Source: Harriotta raleighana (Eukaryota). From it: a DNA stretch of 64,000 nucleotides. The notes under the pieces are model-generated. The model saw only the letters and a list, made by a program, of their open reading frames with translations, was not told the origin of the DNA and made no database searches. A program made the position numbers and the translations under genes. The stretch's first letter is position 1. Every line of letters starts with the position of its first letter. Below are positions 1 through 13,680 of the stretch, one piece after another. The stretch is from positions 2,659,928 through 2,723,927 of the forward strand of contig JBNZDD010013683.1 in assembly GCA_050575255.1 (NCBI GenBank), in the 5' to 3' direction.

Positions 1-534
1 TACCATATTAATAATAGACTAAATAATAACAGATAATAATATTGTATGGTTATTATATTGTAAATGTTGTACACTGTACCATATAAATAATAGAGTAAAT
101 ACAGTAATGACAGATATTGTAATAACAAAATATTGTAATGACTATTTTATTATAAATGTTAAACAATACTATTTGAATAATAGACTAAATACACTAATAA
201 CTGATACTATAATAATAGAATATTGTACTAGTACTTTATTATTTATACTTAACTTTGCAGCTATGAGAGGAAAACAAAACTGCAAAATGGCGACTTTTTT
301 AAAAAAAAAAGGCAGTATTGCGACATTTAAAAGAAACAGGAGTGAGTTTAGACTTGACTAGCGGCCAGCCGAAATACCTGCACCAGTACTCGCGTGCAAC
401 AATAGATTAATTAAATGCGTCATCACTATTTTGCCGCATAACTTCCGATTTATCGAATCGGGACTTTTTTTTTCGAGGTTCCGGTTCAGCGGGTTTTCCA
501 GCTCATTGAGTCACAGATAAACAGGGTTTTACTG
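1..534 (-). mobile_element. Tc1/mariner-pogo (Tigger-like) MITE, copy 1, truncated by window edge
   Basis: Ends in TIR ...AGATAAACAGGGTTTTACTG followed by TA (535-536). 230-534 is the reverse complement of the element at 18086-18438. Confidence 0.85.
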
Positions 535-677
535 TATATAGTGCCTCTCATGCAGAGTAGTGTCCCAGACTGGTTGGGACGTGTTTGTAAACAAAGAAAG
601 GTGCAGAAGGATTCATATTCAGTGATTTACAACAGAATGTAGCAACTTGCTTGTAAAATATAATTATTGTGTTCCAG

Positions 678-869
678 AGGCCATATTCAACCCCTGCTAG
701 GAAGGTTTAGCCAACTGGAGCCCTTGCTAATGGAAGCTGGAGTCGTGCCAGATACTCTGGATGGAGTTGTCATAGATGCAGGCTGTTCTTCTATGCAGTT
801 GGACATGCCATGGCGTGGTTTTGCATTAAGCAAAGATGGCCCTCTGGACATGAGAATGGATAAGGACAG
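678..869 (+). CDS. METTL15: METTL15 internal coding exon (192 nt), RsmH/MraW-family 12S rRNA N4-methylcytidine methyltransferase
   Basis: Translates [63 protein letters not shown], carrying the RsmH motifs D-x-G-x-SSMQLD and RGF...GPLDMRMD. Acceptor ttccAG ends at 677; donor AG|GTTGGT has GT at 870-871. Upstream exons lie outside the window. Confidence 0.96.
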
Positions 870-1274
870 GTTGGTACAGAAACTATTATTATCCTTATGA
901 CAATGATCCTTCTTTCATATCATGAGAACTGAATACTCCATTTAATCCCTGTTCCGTGTACAGTATTAAAGGCTTCTTGCTATGGAAAATCTGCCACATT
1001 AAGGCAAACACAATTAAGATCTTAAAATTTAGCGTTTTTTTCTGGTCTACGACAAATATGAGGTAATCCTGTTTTCCTAATTAAATAAATTCTATAAGTA
1101 TTATAGCTGCAAGCTACAACAAGCTTATACTTGGCCACTATTGCCAAACAGTGGAGTTATAGCTTCTCAGTTTGCCTTTTTGGAGTTTGATTTATCGGGA
1201 ATGCCCAGATTTTGAACTTCTCACAGTTTCCCCCAGTCTGAGCTATATTTGGAGGGAGACTAAACTTTGTTGCT

Positions 1275-1570
1275 ATTGACATAAAGGCCATTGCAGACTG
1301 TGTGCCTCCAAACACATCTAAGATGGAGCATCCCTCAAGTGCCCTAATTCCAAATGCAGTCAACCAACTTTGTGAGAGATGTACCTATGTTTCTCCCTAC
1401 CCAATTGTTTCTTCACTTAATCTTAAAAAGACCTGGTATCCTAATATTGACCGTTGACTGTTTTTTCCAAGATCCATTTTCTCCAACTTAGTACAAACTT
1501 GGGTTTAGTTTCCCATTTCCATTCTTTATCATGTTATTTCAATCCTCTTCTGAAAAGTCCAGTCTTGCAG
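1275..1570 (-). mobile_element. Degraded CR1 LINE 3' fragment
   Basis: TTCCAAATGCAGTCAACCAACTTTGTGAGAGAT and AAAGTCCAGTCTT resemble the antisense of the CR1 ORF2 C-terminus; heavily decayed. Confidence 0.4.
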
Positions 1571-2459
1571 TGCTGGCATTGGAATTGAAAGGCACAATGC
1601 AGAATTACTGAGCCATTCTGAACATTGAGGCTGGCAAAACCAATGACTACAATCACAGGCAGTACACACTTGTTGGGTACTTGTGGGACAAAAGTCTGCA
1701 CTGGACATTTGCAGAGCTGCAGTATTAAAATCGCCACTGGCTAACTTTGTTATAAACAACGTTTGGGTTAAAAATATCAACATTTTGATCAAACCCAAAT
1801 GTCAATTTAATTCAAATTGTTTAAATGGTGGACAATCCCAGGCTTCGCTCTCATGGCTGGTGTGTTTCAATATTGTACATAAATACCAGATGCTTCAATA
1901 TAGCATAATGATAAATAAAATCTCCCTGCAAAAGATGTAAAAATTCAATGTGTTTTCTTTTTATATCCAATTGATTTAGTCTGGAAACAGTTGCATTTAG
2001 ATTCCAATCCATATGCTTTGCTTAACTATAAGCTAAAGTATGTTTTCAACCAATACAGTCCTGCAGTGCATGCAAGCTCTGCATCAATCTTCTGAGACTT
2101 CAATTGGTGCTTATTGATTCTGTACAAAGTGCAGCGTAGATTGTGTAAAGGAACTATTCATTATAATCTTTCTAGCTATATTAATTTTTAGCACTATTTG
2201 GTAACCGATAAAATTTAGAATTCCAATTAGTGTTTGGAGATTTCAATAGAAATAGGCTTAATTAGGTTCACATCCAGAGAATCCTCTGTGAAATATCTCG
2301 TCTTGTTTCATGTTTTTTTTTTACCATCTGTTGCCAAAAAGAACCTCAAACATACTTGTATGCTATGTGCGTTTCAGCTCTGTGTCTCTGGGCTGTGAAG
2401 CTTCACCTCTGTCAATGAAAATGACGTCAAAGAAATTAATTGGCTCTTTTTGTGCGTAG

Positions 2460-2638
2460 GTACCCCGACATGCCCACCGCAGCTGACGTAGTGAATGCCT
2501 TAGATCAACAGTCACTTGCGTCCATCTTAAAAGCCTATGGAGAGGAAAGACATGCAAAGAAAATAGCTGCAGCAGTCACCCAGGCACGCAGCATCTATCC
2601 CATCACTCGCACTCAGCAGCTCGCCAGTATAGTTGCAG
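2460..2638 (+). CDS. METTL15: METTL15 internal coding exon (179 nt)
   Basis: YPDMPTAADVVNALDQQSLASILKAYGEERHAKKIAAAVTQARSIYPITRTQQLASIVA, close to vertebrate METTL15. Acceptor AG at 2458-2459; the split codon AG|G (Arg) joins the previous exon in frame; donor CAG|GTATCC at 2639. Confidence 0.97.
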
Positions 2639-5461
2639 GTATCCTCATTAATTCCAGCCAGTGTCTGGGAGAAAAATACTAATCTTAAAAGTCCCAATGG
2701 GATCCATTTGTACTGTACATCATGCAGGTACTAATCCTGCGTAATTATGCTTCTGATGTCAAGAGTTTTATTCTAGTAATAATGGGAACAGAAGTCAACA
2801 AATGAAATTGACATTTTGAAGTTAACCTGCAGGATGTACCAGATATAGTATTTGATATGCTCTTCTTAATTACGAATATCTCTGCTTTGGAGATGATTTA
2901 TAGCAATCAAATTGAATATAAATGGACTGGAGATTCCCTAGTATCTTTTTCTAAAGATGGAGACTAATTCAATTTATGTAATGAAGCTAAAGCTTGATAC
3001 TTACTGTTCCAATCTCCAGATCTCTCTTACTGTGTGGTAAATGTAAAGAATGCTTTTGATTATCCACACACAATCTTTACCTGTGGCATTCAGTGTGGCA
3101 CTGGTGATTCAAAGTCGTATTTGAAGATAGTTTTTATTTGTTCTTAGGTGCTATTTCATCAGCTCTGTAAGATTTTTTAGCTCTTGCTCTACAGATGAAC
3201 AATTTGATGGACTAATTTGTAAAACAACAATAGCAAACTGCTGTGCAAATGAGTTTGCTCCAACACTAGGTGGAAAATCCTTGTGTTGGTAAAGGATTAA
3301 CAATCAGAACATAATTAAATGCTACTGATGTTCAGTTTTTTATGTTTAATGTATCTGAATAGAAAATATTCACAAATTTAATTGGTTATTTTTGCTTACA
3401 CATTCTTATTAACTACACTAATCATATGTTTAATTTTTAATGAGTTCTGGGTCTGGATGGGAAGAAGAGTCATGATGCAATTATCACAGAGTGGATAATT
3501 ATGTCACCTCGGTAAATCGCTATTTTTTTTAAAAAGAGAGGATTAAACTTCTGCTGGGGGGAACAAATATGAGTCATGGCCTTAATTGCCACAGTGTCTG
3601 ACAGCTTGCTTCCCTTTTCTGCCATTTTCAAACCCCTTGAGTTCCGATCACCATAAAGTGCGTACTTTCTTATTTGGTTTTGCATCACATTGAAGGTGTT
3701 TGTCAGGGGACAGGTACAGTCGATGTAGACGTTTTTAGATAATATAGTCCCAATAATAATCCCACAGAATATTTTATTTCTCCGAAACAGTTTAGTTCCT
3801 TTTATAAAATCACACTCTGAAACATATTCTTGCCCCCACAACTATTCGAAAGCAGCATTTTATCTTGAGTTTTCCTAAATTAATTCCCCAAATGAAATAA
3901 CTATTACACGATATTTTCCACTCAAGCGTTTGCAAATCTATGAATGAAGTTGTTTAATTACATTTTTAAATTTGAAATGGCTAAGCAGAGTCCCTCTAAA
4001 TATGTGAATAACCACAAATTTTACAAGCTATTTCCTGCAAATTAGGAGGCTGCAATGCAATAAAAATAAATGTTATATCTGGGAGGCAATTGATAAAGAA
4101 ATGTTTACCAAACAGTGTAATATTATTTCTGAGGAAGCAAAGTAGTTTTCAACATTTTATTTTTACAAAAGTTACTGCACTAACAACAGTTCTTATAAAA
4201 GAGAGCTCAAAGATAGTGTGTTTATGGGGCTTACCTTAAAACTATTCATCTGAAAATTGAAGAATGCGATTAAATTTTTTGGTTTTGCTGTCTTATTTAT
4301 CTTATTTACCTTATTTATCTTAGAAGCATTGTGGTGCTTCTAAGCTTTGGTCATTGAAAAATAAAGTTTCATTGCTCAGCAGCATGTAATGTAGTGTTTC
4401 TGGTGAAGCTAAGTGATGACAGGACCTTTGGACTGCTTGTTAGCAGATTTCCAGGCTAGAGTGTTAAAATTGACTTAAATAGGGATCACTAGTTTGGGTG
4501 CACAAGATTAGATGTTTTTTTGACAAGCAGCAAAGAGAATCTCTAACAAATTGTAGATATGGTCAATTAGCAATGACAAGCTTCTAAGAAGATCAATTCT
4601 ATCTACCTTTACAACAACAACAAAATTTAGGAAACAACTTAGGCGGAAGTACCAACATGGATGGATGGCAATGAAAAGGCCTGAGTTTTCTTGAAAGAGG
4701 AAAGAAAGAAACACAACAAATGTCACTAGTTATAAAGTGCTAATTTCTAATCTCTCCCCTTTCCAAGGTCAGGTGTGAAGAGTACAGAATTTTCTTTAAG
4801 AGGTTATCGCTGTGTGCAACATGGAGGTGACAGTTTGTTATATCTTCATGTTTGATTCCAGTTTAGGGTATTGCAATTGCGGTTGTTTGCATTCATCCAA
4901 TCTCTAGAAGGAACCGTATCAGCATCACTAGGGAAAAAAATAGTGATGACATTCTTATTTGTCATATCAAATTAATAGCAACGGTGCATTGGCACCCACT
5001 CACTGTCACTAACGGAGATACACTGGACAACAAAATGATATTCTTGAATTCTCTCGTTAGTAGTGTAGCAAAAGGCAATCCTGCCTGTCATGTTAACTAC
5101 TATCGCCAATCAAAATTCAGAAGGGTTGAAAATCCAAACTGGTTTTATGTTAAAATGAGCATTACCTATTCAAACAACATATAGAAAAGCACATCAGACT
5201 CCCAAGTGATTCTGTAAATATTTGTATGTAAGCCATATGTGCAAAGATTTTATTTACAAAACTACAAGAGCTGATTAGAACGGCTCAGTCAAACCTCTTG
5301 GTAGTTCTATGAGTCATCAACCAATGCCACTTAGCGACAGCACAGAACACTGCTATTTATATCCACAGGAACTAAAGTTTGTCACTCTTTACTGAAACTT
5401 TTGTTGCTCCACTTGTTCGCCAGTTATCTTGTTATTTTTCTCACTTACAACATCTCTTAGT

Positions 5462-5570
5462 CATCCTGAGGTATCTATCCAAGTGGCCTTTCTGCACGTG
5501 TGAATGTAGATGATGAACATTGGCATTGTTTGACTGAGGAAGCAACGGTCAAACACTATTCTGATACCAG
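5462..5570 (-). mobile_element. Ancient SINE fragment (AmnSINE2-like by recollection), 3' part
   Basis: GGTATCTATCCAAGTGGCCTTTCTGCACGTGTGAATGTAGA resembles the antisense of an old gnathostome tRNA-SINE 3' segment. Related + strand pieces lie near 10750-10885 and 54905-55030. Confidence 0.35.
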
Positions 5571-8500
5571 ACTCTAAGAGGGTAGTATGTTGGGAATGTG
5601 ATCAATTTGAGGGATGGAAGGTGGGAGCAATTATGCAGTCCAACCCCACCCACACAGCCCAGCTAACTGTCTCTCAGTGCGTACATTGAACAACCTACAC
5701 AGCCACTATGGGGGATTATTACTTAAATATTAATGATTGTAACTTGGCTTTGCTATCAGTGAAACAACTTTAGCTGGAAATATATGAGCCCATTTAAATG
5801 TTATAAAAATAATATAGGTAAATTTAGATTTGATGAGCCCTTGTAAAGAACACTAACAGTTGATTTATTTTGGTTTTGTTTGCAAATGAATTCAATTAAG
5901 CATTTAAATTAAAGTAGCATGAAAATGTTATTGAGATAAATTTAGAAATACTTCACACCAATACATTGATTGTAGATCAAAATAATGCTGTTTGTAGAAA
6001 CCACAAATAACTTAAAGTGAGACAAAATAAGGATTAATGAGCAATGTGTTTTTGAATGCGGTAAAATAGATAGATCTTCCTTTTTAAGCATTCTATCCAC
6101 TAAGTATTTAACCAGCTGGACTACATTCAAAAGTTCCTCAGAAGTCTGCCAGCCTTAGTAAAAAGGAATTGCAGCATTATACTTGTATTTAATAGGAAAA
6201 TGCCTGGCATGTCTCATTCTTTACTTGTTCCTGTGTTTTTATAGTTTAAAGTAGCTGGTTAGAAACCGCGTGAGAAGAGACATTGTATGCTTTCTTTAGT
6301 CATTTTGTGAAGTGCCACTCCAGTATTGTAACTGGAGTGCTGCTCACAGTATTCTGTACCCATTCATGATGAACAAAGAGCATATACTTTTTAAAGTGAC
6401 TTTTTGGCGTTGATCCTCCCAGCTGGCTCAGAACACCATCGTCTTTCCATGGAGCTGACTTTGGTATCATTGATCAGATTTACTGGCAATGTATCATTCC
6501 AGGATAAGAATTCAGTGTTGATTCCCTGATGGAGCTTGATTTCAGGTGATATAGAGGCTTCATACTGTTATATGAAGTGAATAAACTGATATGCTGGACA
6601 GGATTGCTTTACTAATAATTATTTCAAATCCTATATGTGACCAGTATAGATTAAACGCCTTTCGGGCATCATTACTTTTATCTAATTTGCATCCTTCGGA
6701 CTTGCAGCAGATGCTTTGAATCTAGGTGCACCTAAGAAGTACCGACAGATCAAAAAGATGCTTTGCTTGATTTCACATCCCTCCAGACCTCAATGTCTCC
6801 AGATGTAGGTTGGCAAACAAAGATTTTAGAGACCTCCTTTCTCTCTACCACCTCCCCCACCCACCCCCTAAGAATGTATTTCGAAATATCAGGTAAAAGG
6901 CTGATAGAATGCACAGCAAATTTTAAAACGTGTATCCCTTAAGTGCCCACTGCACAAGTGACTGAACTATCTGGGATGATTCTAGCACCAAATAATTCAT
7001 AGTTGTTCTTTTCAATAAAATGATCCATGGAATTTTGACAACTTAAAGTAGTGCTGCAATGTATTTTCACTTAGCCTTAACTTCTGCTCATGATGCTTAA
7101 GATTTTTAAGGTTAATAAATTGCGGAGGATTACAGGGAGCTAAAGATGGATCCAAATGATTATAAAGAGGCATTTACCATTACCCTATTTTTCGGTGTAT
7201 TATATAATATTTTGTTTAACCAATGACAGCTAATGACATCATAGGCTCTGGGGAGTTGTTGAACACGTCAGTGTGAAGGAGCTGAATCAATGTACACAGT
7301 TGAAGCTGAAGCATGCTGTGTTAATAACTGTATTTCTACTGACTGCACACTGTCAGGCTTGGTAATTCTTCACAGTACTAAAGGGAGTGTTAAATTCTCA
7401 TTCAAAGGTTCATATCGCAGCATTAACTGACATTTGAACTAAGCTGCCCTCTATAGGTGATATTTAAGTGTTGCTGGCCCGGGTGAGCATTTTGCAAGAG
7501 CAGAGCTCGCCATCTTTGACTTGCAGTTAAAAAAGGGGCAAACACAATAAGTCGCTCTCAATAAGCTAAGTGCTACTCCTGTTAACTAACATTGAACAAC
7601 CTTACCGATCATGGGAAAGTTCTCAGTCCAGAACATTACACCTTCTGACTTGAAAGGCGCTTTGTTGTCATTTTGCTGTTGTTGTTCACAACTGAATGGC
7701 AGGAAAAGATTTTAAAAAAAAAACTTAAAGCCCACCAGTATCCCAAATGTATACTTTGCACAATGTCTCACAAGTATGTTTGGTCAGACATCACAGGTGC
7801 TATAATAAGATTCTGCTATTACCGAATAACTTTTACCTAAAATATTTATATTGCAAATAAGGTGTGTATTAATACATTTTACTATTTACTGTTAGAAATA
7901 TTCAAATACAGTAAATCTCATTTACGCCATCTCAATATCACAGAATTGCAATCTGGATAGCTTCAAAAACTGGTATTGCAATAAACCAAATAGCAGTGTA
8001 ATGCATACAATATTAAATGTATTTTTTAAATGAAAAAAATTATGAAGGTGACCTTTACAATGCCTAATTCATTGTAAAGATAACTTAATTCGCATACGAC
8101 CAATTTATTTTCTCTGGTGATTTCAATGCACTGAAACTGCTTTGATGGACTGCAGTACAAGCAGTGATTATTGTTGAAGATTTACATAGTGTTGCGCAAA
8201 TTCTACGCAAGAATGCTTACATGAGCTGCCTGCACCAAATTAATGTTTTAGAAGATACTGTTTTTAGGTACTCTGGGAATTTTCATGCATTAGACATAAG
8301 AGTGCAGCACATTGCAGATTTGATTTAGCAGGTTAGCTATTGCAATGACCTTAAACCAAAAAGATTCAAGACAATTTAAGAGATTTGTTTCAGTCAACAC
8401 ATTTGAGATCATTTATAATGTCAGACAGGTGGATATGCTTCATCAATAAATTGCATTCATTCATTGAAAGAAAATTAAAATATGCTTTATTAATCCATAA

Positions 8501-11500
8501 TTTCAACCATTGTTCTGATTGTTTTTATTAAGTTGGTTATTCTGCTAAATAGTTCTACAGTTTCCTTACAGGTGCTAATAGAGATTCTGTGGATTTGAGT
8601 ATATTCTAGGCATATGAATATTTTGAAAAAACTTTGTACTTTGGAGTCACAAAAATAACAAGAAAATGAGTTTATTGGATACTGTATTTTCCCACACCAT
8701 TGCTGCACTTCAGAATAAAATCCTATGAGGTAGTTTGCGATGGCATTCCAATGTGAAAGGCGCTTTGTCAAATGCAATGCTTATAATTATTTATAACTTT
8801 GGTCCCCATGAAAATTATCAATGAAAGCAACAGTGCACGGTGTCAACATCTGATTGTTAACAAATATAGTGTATTGGCAAATGTATTATGGATATCGCAT
8901 TGTAATTTTCTTCACCAGTGCCTACATTTTCCTAGCACTGTCCCTTGTTGAATTCCCCTCTGTAATCCAAATCACTGGAGAAAGCATAGCATATAAATAG
9001 TGATATTTAATTTGGGGTTGTCCAGATGATTCGCCAGTGACTGGGCATCGGGGCTTGGAACAGCTTGAACTGTCTCAAGAGAGGACTTGATGTCTTTTGG
9101 GAAAGAGCTCTGCAATGAGATATTGTTTGGTCTCTGTGTCTTTACAGTTGGATCACTGATCTGACTCGAGGCCCGTTGGCACTATATTGATCTGAATAAT
9201 CTGAAAGCTGGCAAGTCTAAGAATATGGAAAGATAGCAGTAGATTTTCCAGACCTTTCCATATAACTCCATTCCAGTTCTGCAAGCTCTGGTTAAGGTTG
9301 CTGGGAAAATTGACTTAAATCTATTGATACCCAAAATGGAGCATTTTGCAATATTGTTCCTGCAAGTTACTGCAACCAGAAGTCACTGAAGATTCTACTA
9401 TGACCACCACATGGATGTCGCTCCATGTAAACAACTCCAGTGTGCGTGCCTCCTTTCTGCCATCCAGCACAATGTGCATCTCAGAGAAATTAAGCCTTGG
9501 AAATTCTCCAACTTCTGCTTCATATTTGTGGAATTGAACACTGAAATTGTATCACTGGTGTTTCAGTTGCGTTCCTGAAGACGTTGCATGCTGATCTGGT
9601 GATCATGGCCACAAAAGGTTTCATATGTTCACTGGAGTTGATTTTTCTCTCTCCCGCCCTCTCCCCAACTGAGAACCCAGAGGAGGATGAGGCGAAGCCA
9701 CTTGATACAACCTTAATGTGCAGATGAACATGGAAATTGCCTTTGGAAATATTTCTGCTGAAGTAATGTTTGGTTGAAAGCCATTTTTCAATCAACAGTG
9801 CTGGCACTGTTACTGTATTACAACCACAGCATATTATCTAAGGGGCTCCCTTTCTACTTGTTGATGTTTTAAACATATTTATTTCTGAACCATACGTTGA
9901 GATCTAGCGCCACTCGGAATGGGATCTATCGAAAGAGTAAGTATACCTTGTTTCAGTAGAAGCATGTCTAAACTACTCTATATTTAGCAGAAAAATATAA
10001 ATAATGTCCTGGGATACTGGAGGATTTTTACAGTAACTTGCAAAACGTTTGCTGCATACCAAAGAGTTTAATCCATTAAAAGCTTATATTCCAGGAACCT
10101 TCTTGATATTTTGTTAGGATAATTGTGCTACAAATTCTAAACCAGTGAACCATTTAAAAGCACCTTGTGAAGCATTTGACAAATCTATTATTTGCAACTT
10201 GACCTTATAGCCACAAATATGTTATGCATTGATGATCCCAGCCCACCACCCCGCTTCCCCGCCAAAAAAAAATTGACTTTTGAAAAGCCAGTAGGAATTG
10301 TGTTATATTTTCAATTNATGTTATGCATTGATGATCCCAGCCCACCACCCCGCTTCCCCGTCCCCAAAAAATTGACTTTTGAAAAGCCAGTAGGAATTGT
10401 GTTATATTTTCAATTCAATGTAAAAGCTGTTCCCGTTCGTTATAAGTGCTAGATCTCAGTACAACCAAATATTCCTTGTGAAGAGCACTATATAAAAGCA
10501 AGTTATTGTCATGGGACTGCATACCATATCTTTCCGAACCAACGCCAGAGTCTGATTTGGAATCTAGCCAATGGAAAGGAAGTGAAGGGATGTCTGTCTG
10601 TTGTTGCTGAGGATATTGAACTTGTACGCAACAAATATGCCAAGAATTTACCCCCTGAACATTTGTAATAGTTTTAGAAAATCCAGGTTTGAACATTGTC
10701 CAGAAGTTGAGGTTCAGTCTGCTTCTATACAGTAGCAAAGGGTTGTAGAGTCCAGGCTTGTGTGAGTTAGCTGATGTTATGCTTCTAACATTTTAATTGT
10801 TGGGGTTACCACTTGACATTTATGCCTCATGTTGTAAGAAAATTTAGCTTCCGTGCACCCCACTGTTCTAAGGTGACACTTCTGTTTTGTGTACCCAATT
10901 CCATTAAACATGATCACTCCAAGGCAAACCAACAAAATAAGGTGATCTGAGTGAATGGCTGAAGAAATAGGTGGGCTGAAAGCTCAGCTTGCCATGGCAA
11001 AATACAATAGTGGCTGGTCTCACCAAACACAGCAAATTACAAACTCTCTGTGGTGAGCCACTGTTACTATTAGCAGCTTTGGTGCTCTGTCACTGTATCA
11101 ATAGGTTGGTCTATGTGTAATTGGGAAATTCCTTTATCTTGGGTCCCAATATAAGAGTGGCAGGATTCAATTTATAGCTATGGTCTTTGGCTGCTTACTG
11201 TTAACAACCTTTGATCTTCAAATAAATTTGCTGCTTTGTTTCTGAGAGGATATTATTGGACTCAGAACTAAGGGTCCCAGCTAATTATTATTATATACCA
11301 GTGTAATTTGTGGAAAGGGTGAATATCATCCAGGTACTTATTCTGAGTACATTAAAGATTTATATTTTGTGTAATGGTTTATTTAAAAATGCACTCGCTT
11401 TAATTGGCTAGTATTGTCTAATTTGAGAAATTGGACCTCTCTGCCAAATCATAGAATAACTGCTAACTTGTTTAATTAGTCTTCAAGCTAATTGTTTCAA

Positions 11501-12354
11501 GGATGAAATCATCCAATTTTGTTTTATTCTTATGGTTCGGACCAGCACGCAGTGGGAAAAAAAACTTAATTCTGAAGCTCCACCATCTCTGTCCTTAAGA
11601 ATATGCCAATTACTGTAGTAACTTTTTTATATATAAAATAGTTCTGCCACAAGCTCTTTCGGGGTCAGAAAACATACGGACTTGTAAAGATTAATTCTTT
11701 ATCTTTGACTGAATGTGATACACCTTGAAACAATTGTTAATGGGCTGCCTGCTATGCTGAGAGGAATACCTCCACTGAGTCACATTTCAAATTGTAGTCT
11801 ATAAACAGCATTTTGTAAGAAGATCCCAGTAACATTTTTTTTCATGAGCTTCAGATCTAAAGATAAATGTATTTTGGTTCCTGAGTCTCTTTTACAATAT
11901 TAAGAAAAATAACATTGCAGAAGACAAATAGGAAGCTTTATTAAAATGGTTAAATGATATTCTTTTAGCCAGATTAATTATTAACTGTATCAGCTTGGCT
12001 GCAATAGAATCTTTGATATAGATGTATATTATGTTTCAGGTTGGTATTCCACGTTGTCTCAGACCTGTTAAATAATATTTCCGTAACTGTTTGTAAATTT
12101 GACTGATGTCCTTTTAAAGAATTGGTGTGTTTTTATTCAAACCGTGGTATATTTTTACATGGATTTCTCCAGAGAGTAGAAATAAATAGAATTGGGCTAA
12201 TCGGTTGCTTCACCTGACTTGAGTTGTTTTTTTTCAATTTAGCTGAGAACAGGCATGATATTGAGCCCACTGCACTTTACTATACCATGAGCTTCATACG
12301 GAAAGCGTCAGCCTGCAAATGGTTGCACCATTTAAGTCTGCGTACTCTGAAGAT

Positions 12355-12450
12355 TGTACTATCTATTCACTTTACACTATATTCTGTGAAGTGCTTTGAG
12401 AAGTCTCAAGATGTGAGAAGGCGCTATATCAAATGCAAGGATTATTATTA
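12355..12450 (+). mobile_element. Dominant SINE family, 3' tail fragment (intronic)
   Basis: ATTCACTTTACACTATATTCTGTGAAGTGCTTTGAG...GCGCTATATCAAATGCAAGGATTATTATTA. Confidence 0.85.
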
Positions 12451-13095
12451 CCATGGCCTTGACAGGAGTAGAATAATCTTTGGCAAACAATGTCTGTATT
12501 CCTTTTGTGTCTGGTACCTTTGATTGGCAGGAGGGTTTGGAATCATAGCACAATATTCCACATGATTCATCTCAAAGTAGCAATTGGTGAATATAGCAAA
12601 ATTGAGCGGGTAAGGTTTTGAATTTCAACCCTAATTGAAAGTTTTAAAATCTTTTCTATTTTCGAGAACTAATGAAATACGTTTAACTTACACTTGTGTT
12701 GTGGTTGAGTTTTATACATCCATAGAAATATTAACGCTTTTCACCAGAGAAATAATTTGTCCATCAATTGAATTTTATTCTCAATCCTGTGAACATTATC
12801 TGTTTTATAATGTTTTGAGACGCATATCAGTAAAGAATATTAATTTGACTAAATTCACCTAAAAATAAAGACAAAATGCCCAAAATTTAAGCGGAATGAT
12901 AGAAATCTTATACATTATTATATTATAGAAATATTATTATTATACATTACTTTAATGATACTATTTGATGTGTAAATGATCAGATATATCTAATTGCCTT
13001 GTAGTAACGGGCTGAATATCTTTAATTACTTGAGATATATCCTGTATTTTGTTATTTGAAAGGACAGTTTCATGTGCTGAGCATTTAAAATATAA

Positions 13096-13566
<471 letters not shown>

Positions 13567-13680
13567 AAAAAAAACTATGTAAAATGAAACCATTCTCGAA
13601 TAGAAATAATGTTCCATAAATATGTTTACTTGACTGAATATCAGATTTGTGAGTTCATTTTTCCCTTCTGTCTCCGTTGT

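Noticed and set aside
2422-2429. Full CRE TGACGTCA just upstream of an exon
   Set aside because: An isolated 8-mer is expected about once per 64 kb, and it lies in the branch-point region with no supporting motifs.
6316-6339. Hairpin CACTCCAGT-ATTGTA-ACTGGAGTG
   Set aside because: It resembles the CACTCCAGT...GGAGTGCTGC segment of a decayed Deu-SINE, so it needs no separate explanation.
7907-7950. TA-CAGTAAATCTCATTTA as a possible Tigger-like TIR
   Set aside because: I could not find a matching right TIR or a second copy.
10192-10452. ORF with an internal duplicated peptide (also 16042-16324)
   Set aside because: The duplication straddles a single N and is most likely an assembly overlap.
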